A stretch of 64,000 nucleotides of DNA, taken from positions 25,085 through 89,084 of the forward strand of contig CAMYMF010000003.1 of NCBI GenBank assembly GCA_947259355.1. Reading direction: 5' to 3'. The notes under the pieces are model-generated. The model worked only from the letters and a program-made list of their open reading frames with translations, was not told the DNA's origin and ran no database searches. The DNA comes from an uncultured Nitrospirota bacterium (GTDB lineage: Bacteria > CG2-30-53-67). Positions 19,113 to 28,367 of the stretch are shown here, piece by piece; the stretch's first letter is position 1, and each line of letters opens with the position of its first letter. Position numbers and translations under genes: made by a program.

Positions 19113-19376
19113 ATGTATCATCCAGTGGTCCTCTATTCAGCGCCGATCTGCGCTTATTGCGTACAAGCGAAGAAACTTCTGCAGAAAAAGGGCGTACCCT
19201 TCCAGGAAATCGACATCTCGGACGACCCCGCCCTGAAACAGAAGATGATCCGCCTGACCGGAAGGATGACTGTTCCTCAGATTCTGATCAACGGAACCCC
19301 CATCGGCGGCTGCGATGATCTCTATGCCCTGGAGCGGAAGGGGGAACTGGACCGCCTCCTCCGTGCGGGTGCCTAG
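19113..19376 (+). CDS. Glutaredoxin-family protein
   Basis: 87 aa. CAYC active site in MYHPVVLYSAPICAYCVQAKKLL, and a TVPQI..G.IGG.DDL glutathione-binding region. Confidence 0.8.
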   Translation: MYHPVVLYSAPICAYCVQAKKLLQKKGVPFQEIDISDDPALKQKMIRLTGRMTVPQILINGTPIGGCDDLYALERKGELDRLLRAGA

Positions 19377-19417
19377 CCTGAATAGTGCGGGCTGTCTTGT
19401 CCCTTTTCCTCCCTGAT

Positions 19418-22333
19418 TCAAGAAGCTCTTTGGGAGATGACCACCGCCCCCCCTTCATCGATTTCCCACCGGAGATGACGGGCACCCAGGATCCGGTCCA
19501 GGGCCTGCGCGACCGTCTTGCCCCGCAGATCGATGTAGCGAACATGTAACGTCCTTTCGCCCGACCGGGTGGCCGCACCTGCAAGACTTCCGGGAATGAT
19601 CTTCAAGCGCAAGCCGGCCGCATGGACGATGCGGGTCAGGGCTTGTTCCAAGCGCTCGTTGCGAATCACAAAATCGAGCGTCTCGAAGAGCGCCGGCTCC
19701 TCCTGTTTGCGCTTGTCAACGATGGCCTGAGGCAGCAGCCTCAGCAGACGCTCCGCAGCGGCCCGCGTGCCATCGTCATGACCGGGGTTCGTTAGGAGGT
19801 AGACCGTCTCCAGGGCGTGGGCCTCTCGGGCCCGTTGCAGCGCTCCTTCCAGATCGCCGTCACTCCGACGGCGGGTCGCATCGCGAAGCGCTTCTTGCGC
19901 TGCTGCGTGGGGCTTCCCAGGACCGGACTCTTGCGACCGGTGGTTTCTTCGACCCATCTGTTCCCGGGAAAGACCCGTTCTCCCGGCGGCTTTCATCTCC
20001 CCCACGGACTCTTCGCTGGCACCCGGTAAGGTGCTCTCCGGCGCGCGAGGCGCTTGTAACATCTGCAGGGAGCGCTTTGGAAGCGGTGTTCCACTTTGGC
20101 GGGTCCATTGATCGTTCAGGAGGCCCCGCAGGAAATCTCGGATCGCAGGATCCGGTGACTCCGCCTGAGGGACGGCGCCGAAGAGACGGTGGCGCGCACC
20201 CCTCTCTCGGGCCTGGCCGAAGATCCCTTCATATTCGACACCCTCGGGCAGGGGCACGGGGACCACCATCTGTGGCGGTCCATGGGGATCGGCCGCCATG
20301 CCGGTCGCAATGGTCTCATCCACCGCAACGAAGCTGGTGTACGGACTCATGAGGGAGTGCTTAAGAGCCAGGCGAGTGATCTGCTCTACCCGATCCGGAT
20401 CGGCGTGCTGATAGGCCATCGCCGCCGAGAGATCTTCTATCTTTTGCCGGGCCCAGACTTTCAGAAGGACGTCATGATCCGGGGCGGCGCGGGGCAGTGC
20501 GACATCCAGGGAAAAGGAGAGCGGTTGCCCCTCCGCCGTTCCATGGATCGCGATGGTTCCCCTGCCGCCGTCCCGATAGCGCCCGAACAGAATGACCGGA
20601 CGGCCGGCCCAGAGTTCGGGTATTCGCTTCGGGTATGTCTCATCGACGGAAAGGCCGCCCCAGTCGATATCGATCTGAGCCAACTGGGCGCGCTGCATCC
20701 GCTCCACCATCCGGGCGACCAGCTCTGTCGGATCCGACCCGAGTTCTATGACGGCACTCATGCCGCCACCCTGCGCGGCCACGCCGTCGAGCAGGAACCG
20801 ATTCGGTGACGAACCGATCCCCACGGTCCAGACCCGTATCTGGTCCCCTGATTTTCGACCGACGGCCTCGATGATTTCCGACTCGTTTCCGATATAGCCG
20901 TCGGTCAGCATCACCACGATGCGCACTCGCTCGGGATCGATTGGCGCATCCAGCACCCTCCGGATGCCCTGCAGCATCTCTGTGCCGCCTCCACCACGCA
21001 GGGTGGCGGTGAAGCTCAAAGCGCGGGTGATGTTGGCGGCCGTTGCGGCAACGGGCGCCGGAAAGAGCGACTCTGCCCGGCTGGCAAAGGTGACGATCTG
21101 AAACGTGTCGTTCGGTCGGGCAAGGTCGAAGAAGGCCCGGAGAGTCTCTTTCACCTTTTCCGTGGGTCGGCCCCGCATGGAGCCCGAAACATCGATGAGG
21201 AAGACCACTTCACGGGGCGGCGTTTTGATCGGCTCCTCCTCCAGGGCCGGTTGAATCATCAGCATAAAGCAGCCGTCCCCGTCGCGGGGCGCGTGGGCCA
21301 GCACGGCCATCTGGGGCTTCTGCCCAGCCACCCGGTAGCGGAGCACGAAATCCTTGTTCGGGATGGCATCGGCCTTTGAGAGGGCGATGCGGGCCTGCCC
21401 CGTTCCCACATAGCGCACGTCGGCGTCATGATTGACCACCTGCAGGTCCCGGATCGGCAAACCGGCGTCCAGATCCAGCACGAGATCGATCTCATGCCCG
21501 GTGCGCTGACCTGGCTTGAGCACAGGCGGCGTGATCCGGGAGGCGTCTGGAACCCGGTCGGTGTCGGGCGACCAGCCCGTGCCGGTGGGGGCGGGGCCTG
21601 CCGGGGGAGTGTCGATTTCGCCCACCGACCCGGCCAGCTCGGGCAGGAGGTATGGTGTTGACGAAATCGGACTCCCCGGCAGGTAGCGGGGGCCTACCAC
21701 AAGGGGGAAATGGAATTCATAGGTTCCCAGATCGTAAGGCAGGACATCCACATAAGAAAAGGCAATGGTCACGGTTTCCCGGGGCGGGATATTCCCCACG
21801 GACTGCGTAAAGATGTTGGGGCGCTCCTGCTCAAGAAGGCCGGCCGTCTTGCCCTTGGCAACGGCCTGTTCGTAAGCCAGGCGCGCCTCCTCTCTGCGCT
21901 TGATCACCCCCACAATCTGTCGGTCGCCCACCTGCATGCGCAGCCGGTCTACGGCCGCCTTGTGCGGCAACGGGAAAACATAGATGGCTTCGATGGGTTC
22001 GTCGTACGGGTTTTCGAAAGTTTGGCGCACGTTGACCCGGGCGATAAACCCGGACAGATGGGCCTTCACGTCGGTGTGTCTCAGGGGTGACTCGACCACC
22101 CGATCTCCATGCAGGATCCGCAGGGCCCCCTGGGTGATATCTTCGAGCATCGGGTGGCTTTGTATTGCGGATGCCTGCCCCGCCATGCTTAAGAACGCAA
22201 GGCAGAGGGCCAGACTCAGTGCCCGCAGACGTTTCAGAAGAAGCCACTCGGTTGGTATCGCAGATATGGGCGCCGTCTTTTCCATGATGAGTTCCTCCCG
22301 CACCGGCCATGCCGGGTGATCGTTGTCTGTCAC
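19418..22333 (-). CDS. Large secreted VIT + von Willebrand factor A domain protein with C-terminal STN-like domain
   Basis: 971 aa. Signal peptide (LALCLAFLSMAGQASA); VIT-like N-terminal region; vWA MIDAS motif (VVFLIDVSGSMRGRP ... MLTDGYIGNE); C-terminal HVRYIDLRGKTVAQALDRILGARHLRWEIDEGGAVVIS resembles secretin/TonB N-terminal (STN) folds. A probable start at M17 (22285) cannot be excluded. Confidence 0.7.
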   Translation of the reverse strand: MTDNDHPAWPVREELIMEKTAPISAIPTEWLLLKRLRALSLALCLAFLSMAGQASAIQSHPMLEDITQGALRILHGDRVVESPLRHTDVKAHLSGFIARVNVRQTFENPYDEPIEAIYVFPLPHKAAVDRLRMQVGDRQIVGVIKRREEARLAYEQAVAKGKTAGLLEQERPNIFTQSVGNIPPRETVTIAFSYVDVLPYDLGTYEFHFPLVVGPRYLPGSPISSTPYLLPELAGSVGEIDTPPAGPAPTGTGWSPDTDRVPDASRITPPVLKPGQRTGHEIDLVLDLDAGLPIRDLQVVNHDADVRYVGTGQARIALSKADAIPNKDFVLRYRVAGQKPQMAVLAHAPRDGDGCFMLMIQPALEEEPIKTPPREVVFLIDVSGSMRGRPTEKVKETLRAFFDLARPNDTFQIVTFASRAESLFPAPVAATAANITRALSFTATLRGGGGTEMLQGIRRVLDAPIDPERVRIVVMLTDGYIGNESEIIEAVGRKSGDQIRVWTVGIGSSPNRFLLDGVAAQGGGMSAVIELGSDPTELVARMVERMQRAQLAQIDIDWGGLSVDETYPKRIPELWAGRPVILFGRYRDGGRGTIAIHGTAEGQPLSFSLDVALPRAAPDHDVLLKVWARQKIEDLSAAMAYQHADPDRVEQITRLALKHSLMSPYTSFVAVDETIATGMAADPHGPPQMVVPVPLPEGVEYEGIFGQARERGARHRLFGAVPQAESPDPAIRDFLRGLLNDQWTRQSGTPLPKRSLQMLQAPRAPESTLPGASEESVGEMKAAGRTGLSREQMGRRNHRSQESGPGKPHAAAQEALRDATRRRSDGDLEGALQRAREAHALETVYLLTNPGHDDGTRAAAERLLRLLPQAIVDKRKQEEPALFETLDFVIRNERLEQALTRIVHAAGLRLKIIPGSLAGAATRSGERTLHVRYIDLRGKTVAQALDRILGARHLRWEIDEGGAVVISQRAS

Positions 22334-22395
22334 TGTTAGACAGAGCCCACCCCGATCGGTTCCAAGAAAAACAAGGGAGGAGCGCGATGGACGCC

Positions 22396-23520
22396 CTATT
22401 GAGGGGTCTCAATGGTCAGTTTGATCCGGACCCAGGGGGAGCCGGCGGTGGATTCGGACTCGGTGGGCGCGGGGGCGGGTGCCGACACAGGGGTGAGGAT
22501 GCCCTGGGAAGAGAGCTCCCTGCGGAATCGGTCATATCGTGCCTCGGGAAGGCTGACCCAGAAGACATGCGGCACGGCCTGTTGCGAAAGGACTGCGTCC
22601 GGTTGCGTCGGATCTGTCGCGGTGAGCCGACCGCCCAACTGCTCCACGAGACGGGCGAGGCTCTCCCGGGTGGACGTGTCCCGCGCGGTTCCCTGGCTGG
22701 GGGCAAAGAGAAGCTCCAGCTCCCGCCGGAGGGTGACTTCCGGCAAAACCGCGCCTGGGCGAGCTCCTGCGGTATGGCTGCGGCCGGCCTCCATCAGCGC
22801 CTCCAGGGTACGGCCCGGCAGATCACGCTCGGGGGCCTCTGCAGGGCGCGCCGTCTCCCCTTCGGCTTTCGGCGAAACGGCCGGCCGTTCTGGGGCCTTC
22901 GCAACAACAGTGCCGACAGCGGGCTGCTTCGGGGTCGCGGCATACTCTCTCGCCCGGGCAATCTCGACGTCTTCGGGATACTCGTCGGCCATCTCCAGCG
23001 CCTTGCCGGGCCTCGCGTCCTCCGCCCCTGTCTCCTCCGTCTTCCGCGCCGATGGACCGGGCGGCGCCTGGGCGAACCGCCTGTCGCCCGCTGCCACCGC
23101 AGGTTCCTCTTCTTTCTCCGTCATCGACGTCACCGGTGCAGTGGGTGCAGCCTTCTCGTGGCCGAATTCCATCTGAGAGCGCTCCGCCGTCATATAGAGG
23201 TAAACGGCCAGTCCGCTGACGATGAGGATCGCCATGGCCTGGACGGGCACTTTCACATGGAGTGGAAAGAAGAGACTGCGCCAGAAGGTCGGTTTTTCCG
23301 CTGTCTTGTGAATCTGTGCCATCACATTCGGGACAAGATTTGCGGGCGGCTCGACCTCGGCCAGCTCACCCACACCCCGAATCGTGCGGACCAGCGCCTC
23401 CGACTCCGAACGACACGCGCCGCATGCCTCCAGATGGGCCTCCAGCGCCGCGATATCCCCGGCGTCCAGAGCCCGGTCCAGATAATCGGACAGTCTGCTT
23501 AGCACCTGCTCACAGTTCAC
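22396..23520 (-). CDS. Anti-sigma factor (zf-HC2 putative zinc finger) with TM helix and long periplasmic region
   Basis: N-terminal MNCEQVLSRLSDYLDRALDAGDIAALEAHLEACGACRSE is the H-x3-C-x2-C anti-sigma motif. TM segment VQAMAILIVSGLAVYLYM. The start overlaps the sigma gene stop (ATGA). Confidence 0.7.
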   Translation of the reverse strand: MNCEQVLSRLSDYLDRALDAGDIAALEAHLEACGACRSESEALVRTIRGVGELAEVEPPANLVPNVMAQIHKTAEKPTFWRSLFFPLHVKVPVQAMAILIVSGLAVYLYMTAERSQMEFGHEKAAPTAPVTSMTEKEEEPAVAAGDRRFAQAPPGPSARKTEETGAEDARPGKALEMADEYPEDVEIARAREYAATPKQPAVGTVVAKAPERPAVSPKAEGETARPAEAPERDLPGRTLEALMEAGRSHTAGARPGAVLPEVTLRRELELLFAPSQGTARDTSTRESLARLVEQLGGRLTATDPTQPDAVLSQQAVPHVFWVSLPEARYDRFRRELSSQGILTPVSAPAPAPTESESTAGSPWVRIKLTIETPQ

Positions 23521-24164
23521 GACTTCGCCTCCTGGGGATCGAAGTAGGGGGCCAGCCGCACCTTCAGCGCCTGCCTGGCCCGATGGAGCCGGGACTTGAC
23601 GGTCCCCCGCGGCACGTCGAGAATCCGGGCGATCTCCTCGTAGTCGAGGTCCTGGAAATCTCGAAGGAGAATCAGAAGCGCTTCGTCGGGCCCCAGCCCG
23701 TGCAGTTCCCGCTGCACCAGCTCCTGAATCTCCCGCTGTTCCGCAACCTCCGCCGGATTCGGGCCGGGATGGGGGACAAAGGCCGCCGGGCCGGGGTTGT
23801 TCCCATCGGGGTTCGGCGGATCAAGGGGTACCGTCTGTTGCGCCGCACGGGCCGTCCGCTTCCTCCGAGTCCTGGCATGGTTGATCCCGATCTGATAGAG
23901 CCATGTTGCGAAAGCGGCATCCCCACGAAACTTCTTGATTGCTCTGAAGGCCGACACAAAGACCTCCTGTGTCGCATCCGCGGCCTCTTCGTAGCTTCCA
24001 AGCCAGCGAAAGAGAAGGTTGAAAACCCGCTTCTGATGCCTTACCACGAGCCCCTCAAAGGCCGCGGAGTTTCCCTTCTGCACGGCATCGACCAGTTCGC
24101 GGTCGGTTCGGGTTCCATCATCCATTAGACAACCCATCGGCTCGAATGGTTCACGAAGGGGCAC
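23517..24164 (-). CDS. ECF (sigma-24 / RpoE-like) RNA polymerase sigma factor
   Basis: Region 2 (VFNLLFRWLGSYEEAADATQEVFVSAFRAIKKF..AFATWLYQIGIN) and region 4 (LDYEEIARILDVPRGTVKSRLHRARQAL), with an unusual 35-aa Pro/Asn-rich insert between them. Confidence 0.85.
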   Translation of the reverse strand: MPLREPFEPMGCLMDDGTRTDRELVDAVQKGNSAAFEGLVVRHQKRVFNLLFRWLGSYEEAADATQEVFVSAFRAIKKFRGDAAFATWLYQIGINHARTRRKRTARAAQQTVPLDPPNPDGNNPGPAAFVPHPGPNPAEVAEQREIQELVQRELHGLGPDEALLILLRDFQDLDYEEIARILDVPRGTVKSRLHRARQALKVRLAPYFDPQEAKS

Positions 24165-24201
24165 CCCGGCACGGCTTCTTTCTCTTATCGCCGTCAGCCA
24201 T

Positions 24202-24230
24202 TATATAGCAGCCTCGACCGCCAAAATCAA
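24202..24230 (-). promoter_or_regulatory. Sigma70-like promoter TTGATT-N17-TATATA(A) upstream of the ECF sigma operon
   Basis: Read on the minus strand: -35 complement at 24225-24230, -10 complement at 24202-24207. Confidence 0.35.
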
Positions 24231-24279
24231 TGGTGGGGGCATTGAGCGGTCCCGGAGGGGTGCCCGGGATCAGGGCCTT

Positions 24280-25425
24280 GTGGTCGGCAGAAAAACCCTG
24301 TATAAACACGGGAGAATCCTATTCGCCGGGGAAAGTCCCATGAGCCGATTGAAACGCCGCGAGATTGAACAGATGCAGCAGCGGCTGGTCCGCTGGTACC
24401 GCACGCACGGTCGGGCGCTGCCCTGGCGCGAGACCCGGGACCCTTACCGTATCTGGGTCTCGGAAATCATGCTGCAGCAGACCCAGGTTCAAACGGTCAT
24501 CCCTTACTACGAGCGCTTCCTGGCCGCATTCCCCACCGTCCGGTCGCTGGCCCGGGCGCCCCTGCAGAAGGTCCTGATGATCTGGGCGGGACTGGGCTAT
24601 TATGCCCGGGCCCGAAATCTGCACCGGGGCACGCGCCTCGTGGTCTCCCGATGGAACGGCCGGCTGCCGGAGAGCCGAAAAGAGCTGCTGCAGATCCCGG
24701 GGATCGGGCGCTCCACGGCCGGTGCCATTGTCAGCCTCGCCTATGATCGGCCCGCACCCATTCTGGACGGCAACGTCAAGCGGGTGCTCTGCCGACTTTT
24801 CGCCGTGCGCCGGGATCCCGCCAAGCCGGCCGTCCTCAAGAGGCTCTGGAGCCTCTCAGAGGCTCTGACGCCCGGGACCGAAGTGCATACCTACACGCAG
24901 GCTGTTATGGACCTGGGGGCAACCATCTGCACTCCCGCCGATCCCCGCTGTCGCGTCTGTCCCCTACACACGGACTGCCAGGCTTTTCGGCGGGGTCTGC
25001 AGCATCGAATTCCGGTTCGTGCCCGTAAAGAACCGACGCCCCACTATGAATATGCCTTGGGGATTGTTCGCCACCGGGGACGCGTGTTGATCCGGCGACG
25101 CCCCGAGAAGGGACTTCTCGGCGGACTCTGGGGCTATCCCAATTACCGCCCACGGCCGAAGGAAAGCCTGACCGACGCGCTTTGCCGGGGGCTGCGCGCC
25201 GAGTTCGGCCTGGCCATAAAGTCGGGGGAGAAGACCGGCACCGTGCGCCATGCCTATACCCACTTCAAGATCACCCTCCATCTCTTTGAGTCCGCCCCGC
25301 TGCGGGCAAGCAAGAGCCACGCCGGCAGGGACGACTGGAAATGGGTTTATCCATCCCGGCTCAAGGACTATCCCCTCGCGGCTTCGGACAGAAAGGTCAC
25401 GGAGCGGCTGCTGGAGCGGCACTAA
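24280..25425 (+). CDS. mutY: A/G-specific adenine DNA glycosylase
   Basis: HhH-GPD domain; Fe-S cluster cysteines (C..C..C..C around CTPADPRCRVCPLHTDC); C-terminal NUDIX-like domain. Probable start at ATG 24340 (MSRLKRREIEQ). Confidence 0.85.
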   Translation: MVGRKTLYKHGRILFAGESPMSRLKRREIEQMQQRLVRWYRTHGRALPWRETRDPYRIWVSEIMLQQTQVQTVIPYYERFLAAFPTVRSLARAPLQKVLMIWAGLGYYARARNLHRGTRLVVSRWNGRLPESRKELLQIPGIGRSTAGAIVSLAYDRPAPILDGNVKRVLCRLFAVRRDPAKPAVLKRLWSLSEALTPGTEVHTYTQAVMDLGATICTPADPRCRVCPLHTDCQAFRRGLQHRIPVRARKEPTPHYEYALGIVRHRGRVLIRRRPEKGLLGGLWGYPNYRPRPKESLTDALCRGLRAEFGLAIKSGEKTGTVRHAYTHFKITLHLFESAPLRASKSHAGRDDWKWVYPSRLKDYPLAASDRKVTERLLERH

Positions 25426-25434
25426 TCCCGCCTG

Positions 25435-27057
25435 CTATCTGAAGGGCGCCTCTGCACGGGCGGGAAGGTTCATTTCCGCAAGATAGTCTCGAATCTGCTG
25501 ATCGGTCTGCTTGTCATCCCAGTTCAGATACCGACCCAGCACCGCCGCCACCCGGCGGGCCGTTTCGAGACCGCCCCCCTCCGAGAGGGCGAGATGCGTT
25601 CTGCGTCTCAGAAAATCGCTCAATGTCTGAACCATTTCCTGTTCAACGCCATAGCGGATCTGCGCCACGATCTCCGGACGTCCGGCAACAATCCGCTCGC
25701 GCCCGGCGTCGTCATCGTGCAGCAGGGCGAGCACGTCACTGTAACAGGTGCCGTAGCTCTCGAGCAGGTTGCGCAGGATATCCGCCTCCAACGCGAAATC
25801 AACAGCCGCCCGCTCCGATGCCTCGGCTTCAAAGACCTCGCGATCTCCAAGCCCGCCTCCGAAAAGGGGAGCCGTGGCCGTCGTGGAGGCAACCCTGGAC
25901 GACAGCTCCGGTCCCTTGGCGATCCGGTCGACGACCTCCTCGGCAATTTGGCGATAGGTCGTGTATTTCCCGCCGGCTACGGTGAGAAGACCCGATGGAC
26001 TCTCATAGATGGCGTGCTCCCGGGAGAGTCTCGACGCCTGACCGGACCCCGCGAGCAGGGGCCTCAGACCGGCAAAACTCGCCACGACCTGCGCCGCACT
26101 CACGCCGCTTTGCGGCAGAACCCGGGCCGTCTCCTCCAGCAAATAGCGGATGTCCTCCGGCTGCACATCGACCGCATCGGGATCACCGTCATAAAAGGTG
26201 TCCGTCGTGCCAATCAGGGAGTATCCCTGGTGCGGGATGACAAAGTAGACCCGTCCATCCCGTCGCGCCGAGATCAGGAGCGCGTGCTGCCCTGTCAAGG
26301 GCGGCACGACCACATGCACCCCTTTGGTCGGACGGAGTCTCTGGGGTGCGCCGGGCGTGTCCATGTCCATGATGCCGTCCGTCCAGGGACCGGTTGCGTT
26401 GATGACCTTCCGGGCCAGCACGTCCATGCATTCTCCCGTGAGCCGGTCCCGAATGACCGCGCCGACAACCCGACCGTCCCGCTTGATAAACGAAACAGCT
26501 TCGGCATAATTGGCCGCCACCGCCCCGGCTTGCCCCGCAGAGAAGACGTTTTCCAGGCAGAGGCGCACATCATCCATCCGGCAGTCATAATAGAGCGCGC
26601 CTCCCGTGAGGCCGGCTCGTTCCAGATGGGGCTCCAGCTCGTGGACCTCTGAGCTGGACAGCATGCGGTGGCGCTTGGTATTGCGAAAGAGCGCCATCAG
26701 ATCGTAGAGAATCATGCCGGCATGGACCGTCGCCCGGCCGCGGGCATCGCCCCGGTAGATGGGAATGACAAAGGGAAGGGGGCGGACCAGATGGGGGGCA
26801 ATCTTGAGCAGGGTCCAGCGCTCGCGGCACGCCTCATGGACCAGCCCGAATTGCATCTGCTCCAGATAACGGAGACCACCGTGGATCAGCTTGGAGGATT
26901 TGCTGCTGGTGCCCGAAGCAAAGTCCCCCTTCTCCACCAGTGCGGCCCGAAAACCCCGCAGGGCAGCATCCCGCAGAATGCCGCACCCGTTGATGCCGCC
27001 GCCGATGATCAGCAGATCAAAACGCTCCGATCTCAACCTGTCGAGATCCCGCTGCAT
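25435..27057 (-). CDS. glpD: FAD-dependent glycerol-3-phosphate dehydrogenase
   Basis: 540 aa. N-terminal FDLLIIGGGINGCGILRDAALRG FAD motif and conserved SGTSSKSSKLIHGGLRYLE. Confidence 0.85.
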   Translation of the reverse strand: MQRDLDRLRSERFDLLIIGGGINGCGILRDAALRGFRAALVEKGDFASGTSSKSSKLIHGGLRYLEQMQFGLVHEACRERWTLLKIAPHLVRPLPFVIPIYRGDARGRATVHAGMILYDLMALFRNTKRHRMLSSSEVHELEPHLERAGLTGGALYYDCRMDDVRLCLENVFSAGQAGAVAANYAEAVSFIKRDGRVVGAVIRDRLTGECMDVLARKVINATGPWTDGIMDMDTPGAPQRLRPTKGVHVVVPPLTGQHALLISARRDGRVYFVIPHQGYSLIGTTDTFYDGDPDAVDVQPEDIRYLLEETARVLPQSGVSAAQVVASFAGLRPLLAGSGQASRLSREHAIYESPSGLLTVAGGKYTTYRQIAEEVVDRIAKGPELSSRVASTTATAPLFGGGLGDREVFEAEASERAAVDFALEADILRNLLESYGTCYSDVLALLHDDDAGRERIVAGRPEIVAQIRYGVEQEMVQTLSDFLRRRTHLALSEGGGLETARRVAAVLGRYLNWDDKQTDQQIRDYLAEMNLPARAEAPFR

Positions 27058-27143
27058 TGGATGACTCCTCTGTTTTCGTCTGCGCTCTTATTATAGCACG
27101 CAACAGGACAGCCCGTGAAAAGACGCACCACAGCCGGGCAGGC

Positions 27144-27173
27144 CAAAAAAATCCCTGCACGGAGCGTGCAGGG
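27144..27173 (-). terminator. Intrinsic terminator (minus strand) downstream of the tautomerase gene
   Basis: Perfect 9-bp hairpin ccctgcacg-gag-cgtgcaggg (27153-27173). The plus-strand A7T (27144-27151) gives ATTTTTTT immediately 3' of the hairpin on the minus strand. Confidence 0.55.
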
Positions 27174-27237
27174 AAAAGATCATCCCAGTCGTTTCAGGGA
27201 GAACATAAGGAGGTTCAGGAAACAGGCCCGGCAGCCA

Positions 27238-27423
27238 TTATTGGTCGGAGAAGAGTTTGCCACCCTTGGCCCAGTTGTCACGTGCCACTTCTTCGATGAC
27301 GATGTAGGTGTGCTCGCTGGCTTTGCCGGCGATCCGTTCGAGCGTATCGGAGAACTCGGCCACGATCTGCGCTTTCTGCTCCTTGGAGAGCTTCCCGATC
27401 AGCTTGAGATTGACATAGGGCAT
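27238..27423 (-). CDS. 4-oxalocrotonate tautomerase-family protein (61 aa)
   Basis: MPYVNLKLIGKLSKEQKAQIVAEFSDTLERIAGKASEHTYIVIEEV has the Pro1 catalytic residue and tautomerase fold pattern. AAGGAGG RBS 6 nt upstream. The track ORF extends to 27594, across the tRNA. Confidence 0.65.
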   Translation of the reverse strand: MPYVNLKLIGKLSKEQKAQIVAEFSDTLERIAGKASEHTYIVIEEVARDNWAKGGKLFSDQ

Positions 27424-27550
27424 GGCGCCTCCTTGATGGAATGTTACGCCCGTCTTCGCGTCTCCCCTCGGGCTCCTGTCACGGCGTAGCCAAGGGCGAA
27501 GACGGAACGCCGCGGCAGTCTCCGTTCTCAACTCTGTTTCGAACGAAGAC

Positions 27551-27637
27551 TGGTGCCGAAGGGGGGAGTCGAACCCCCACGGGATTGCTCCCACTGGTCC
27601 CTGAAACCAGCGCGTCTACCAATTCCACCACTTCGGC
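27551..27637 (-). tRNA. tRNA-Leu (anticodon CAG), type II with long variable arm
   Basis: Reverse complement gives GCCGAAGTGGTGGAATTGGTAGACGCGCTGGTTTCAGGGACCAGTGGGAGCAATCCCGTGGGGGTTCGACTCCCCCCTTCGGCACCA. The acceptor stem GCCGAAG/CTTCGGC is 7 bp, the anticodon loop is TTCAGGG, the T arm is GGGGG-TTCGACT-CCCCC, and CCA is encoded. Confidence 0.9.
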
Positions 27638-27745
27638 ACGGAACGAAAAGAAGTGAGCGCGATCTTACTGAAAGGCCCTCTCTCTTGTCAAGACAAAATC
27701 CGGAAGTGCTGTGCGCCCGATGCATGCCGAGGGGTAGCAAACGGT

Positions 27746-28309
27746 TTAGGCCGTTTCACCCTCAGTGATGAGCTCCGCCTGAAAGACCCAGAGTCGCGAC
27801 CCCTCTTTCCAGGCATCCCGGGGCAGACCCGCTTTAAAGGCCAGGTGGCGAAGCGTTTCTTCTCGGCCCCATCCATGCTCAGCCGCGACCTGGGGGAGAA
27901 AGACAGCGCGGCGACCGTTTTTCTCGAGAATGATGCCGTGGGTGCCCGGGATGAACTCATCGTACGATGCTATTTCGCGCTTGGGGGTGAGCACCGATAT
28001 TTCGATCTCGATCTCATCCAACTCGGACGCGTGCAGGGGCGTGAAGCGGTAGTCACGGCAGCAAGCGGAGAGGGCATTTTCCATCACGGACTGGTAGAGG
28101 GGGCGAATCGCTTCGATATATCCAATGCAGCCCCGCAGCTCCCGGCCCTTCTCCAGGGTCACAAAGGCGCCTGCCGGCTCTCTCAGCCGGTCGGTGAGTT
28201 TCAGACTGGGCGGTGGATCCCGCAGCTCCCGGCCCTCATTCAGGCGGGCTTCAAGAACGGTCCGGGCGAGACGAAGCAGCGACCTCTTCTCATCCACTGT
28301 CAGTCTCAT
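27746..28309 (-). CDS. AMMECR1-domain protein (AmmeMemoRadiSam system protein A family)
   Basis: 187 aa with the conserved GAFVTL...LRGCIGY core of AMMECR1. Confidence 0.8.
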   Translation of the reverse strand: MRLTVDEKRSLLRLARTVLEARLNEGRELRDPPPSLKLTDRLREPAGAFVTLEKGRELRGCIGYIEAIRPLYQSVMENALSACCRDYRFTPLHASELDEIEIEISVLTPKREIASYDEFIPGTHGIILEKNGRRAVFLPQVAAEHGWGREETLRHLAFKAGLPRDAWKEGSRLWVFQAELITEGETA

Positions 28310-28367
28310 GAAGGAGTCCCCGCAAAGAAGGTTTCGGGGAGCGACCGGGGGTGAGGGGTAGCCAACC

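Noticed and set aside
22309-23502. 397-aa plus-strand ORF opposite the anti-sigma gene
   Set aside because: Antisense shadow with Arg/Gly-rich composition. The minus-strand ORF carries the zf-HC2 motif and couples to the sigma gene.
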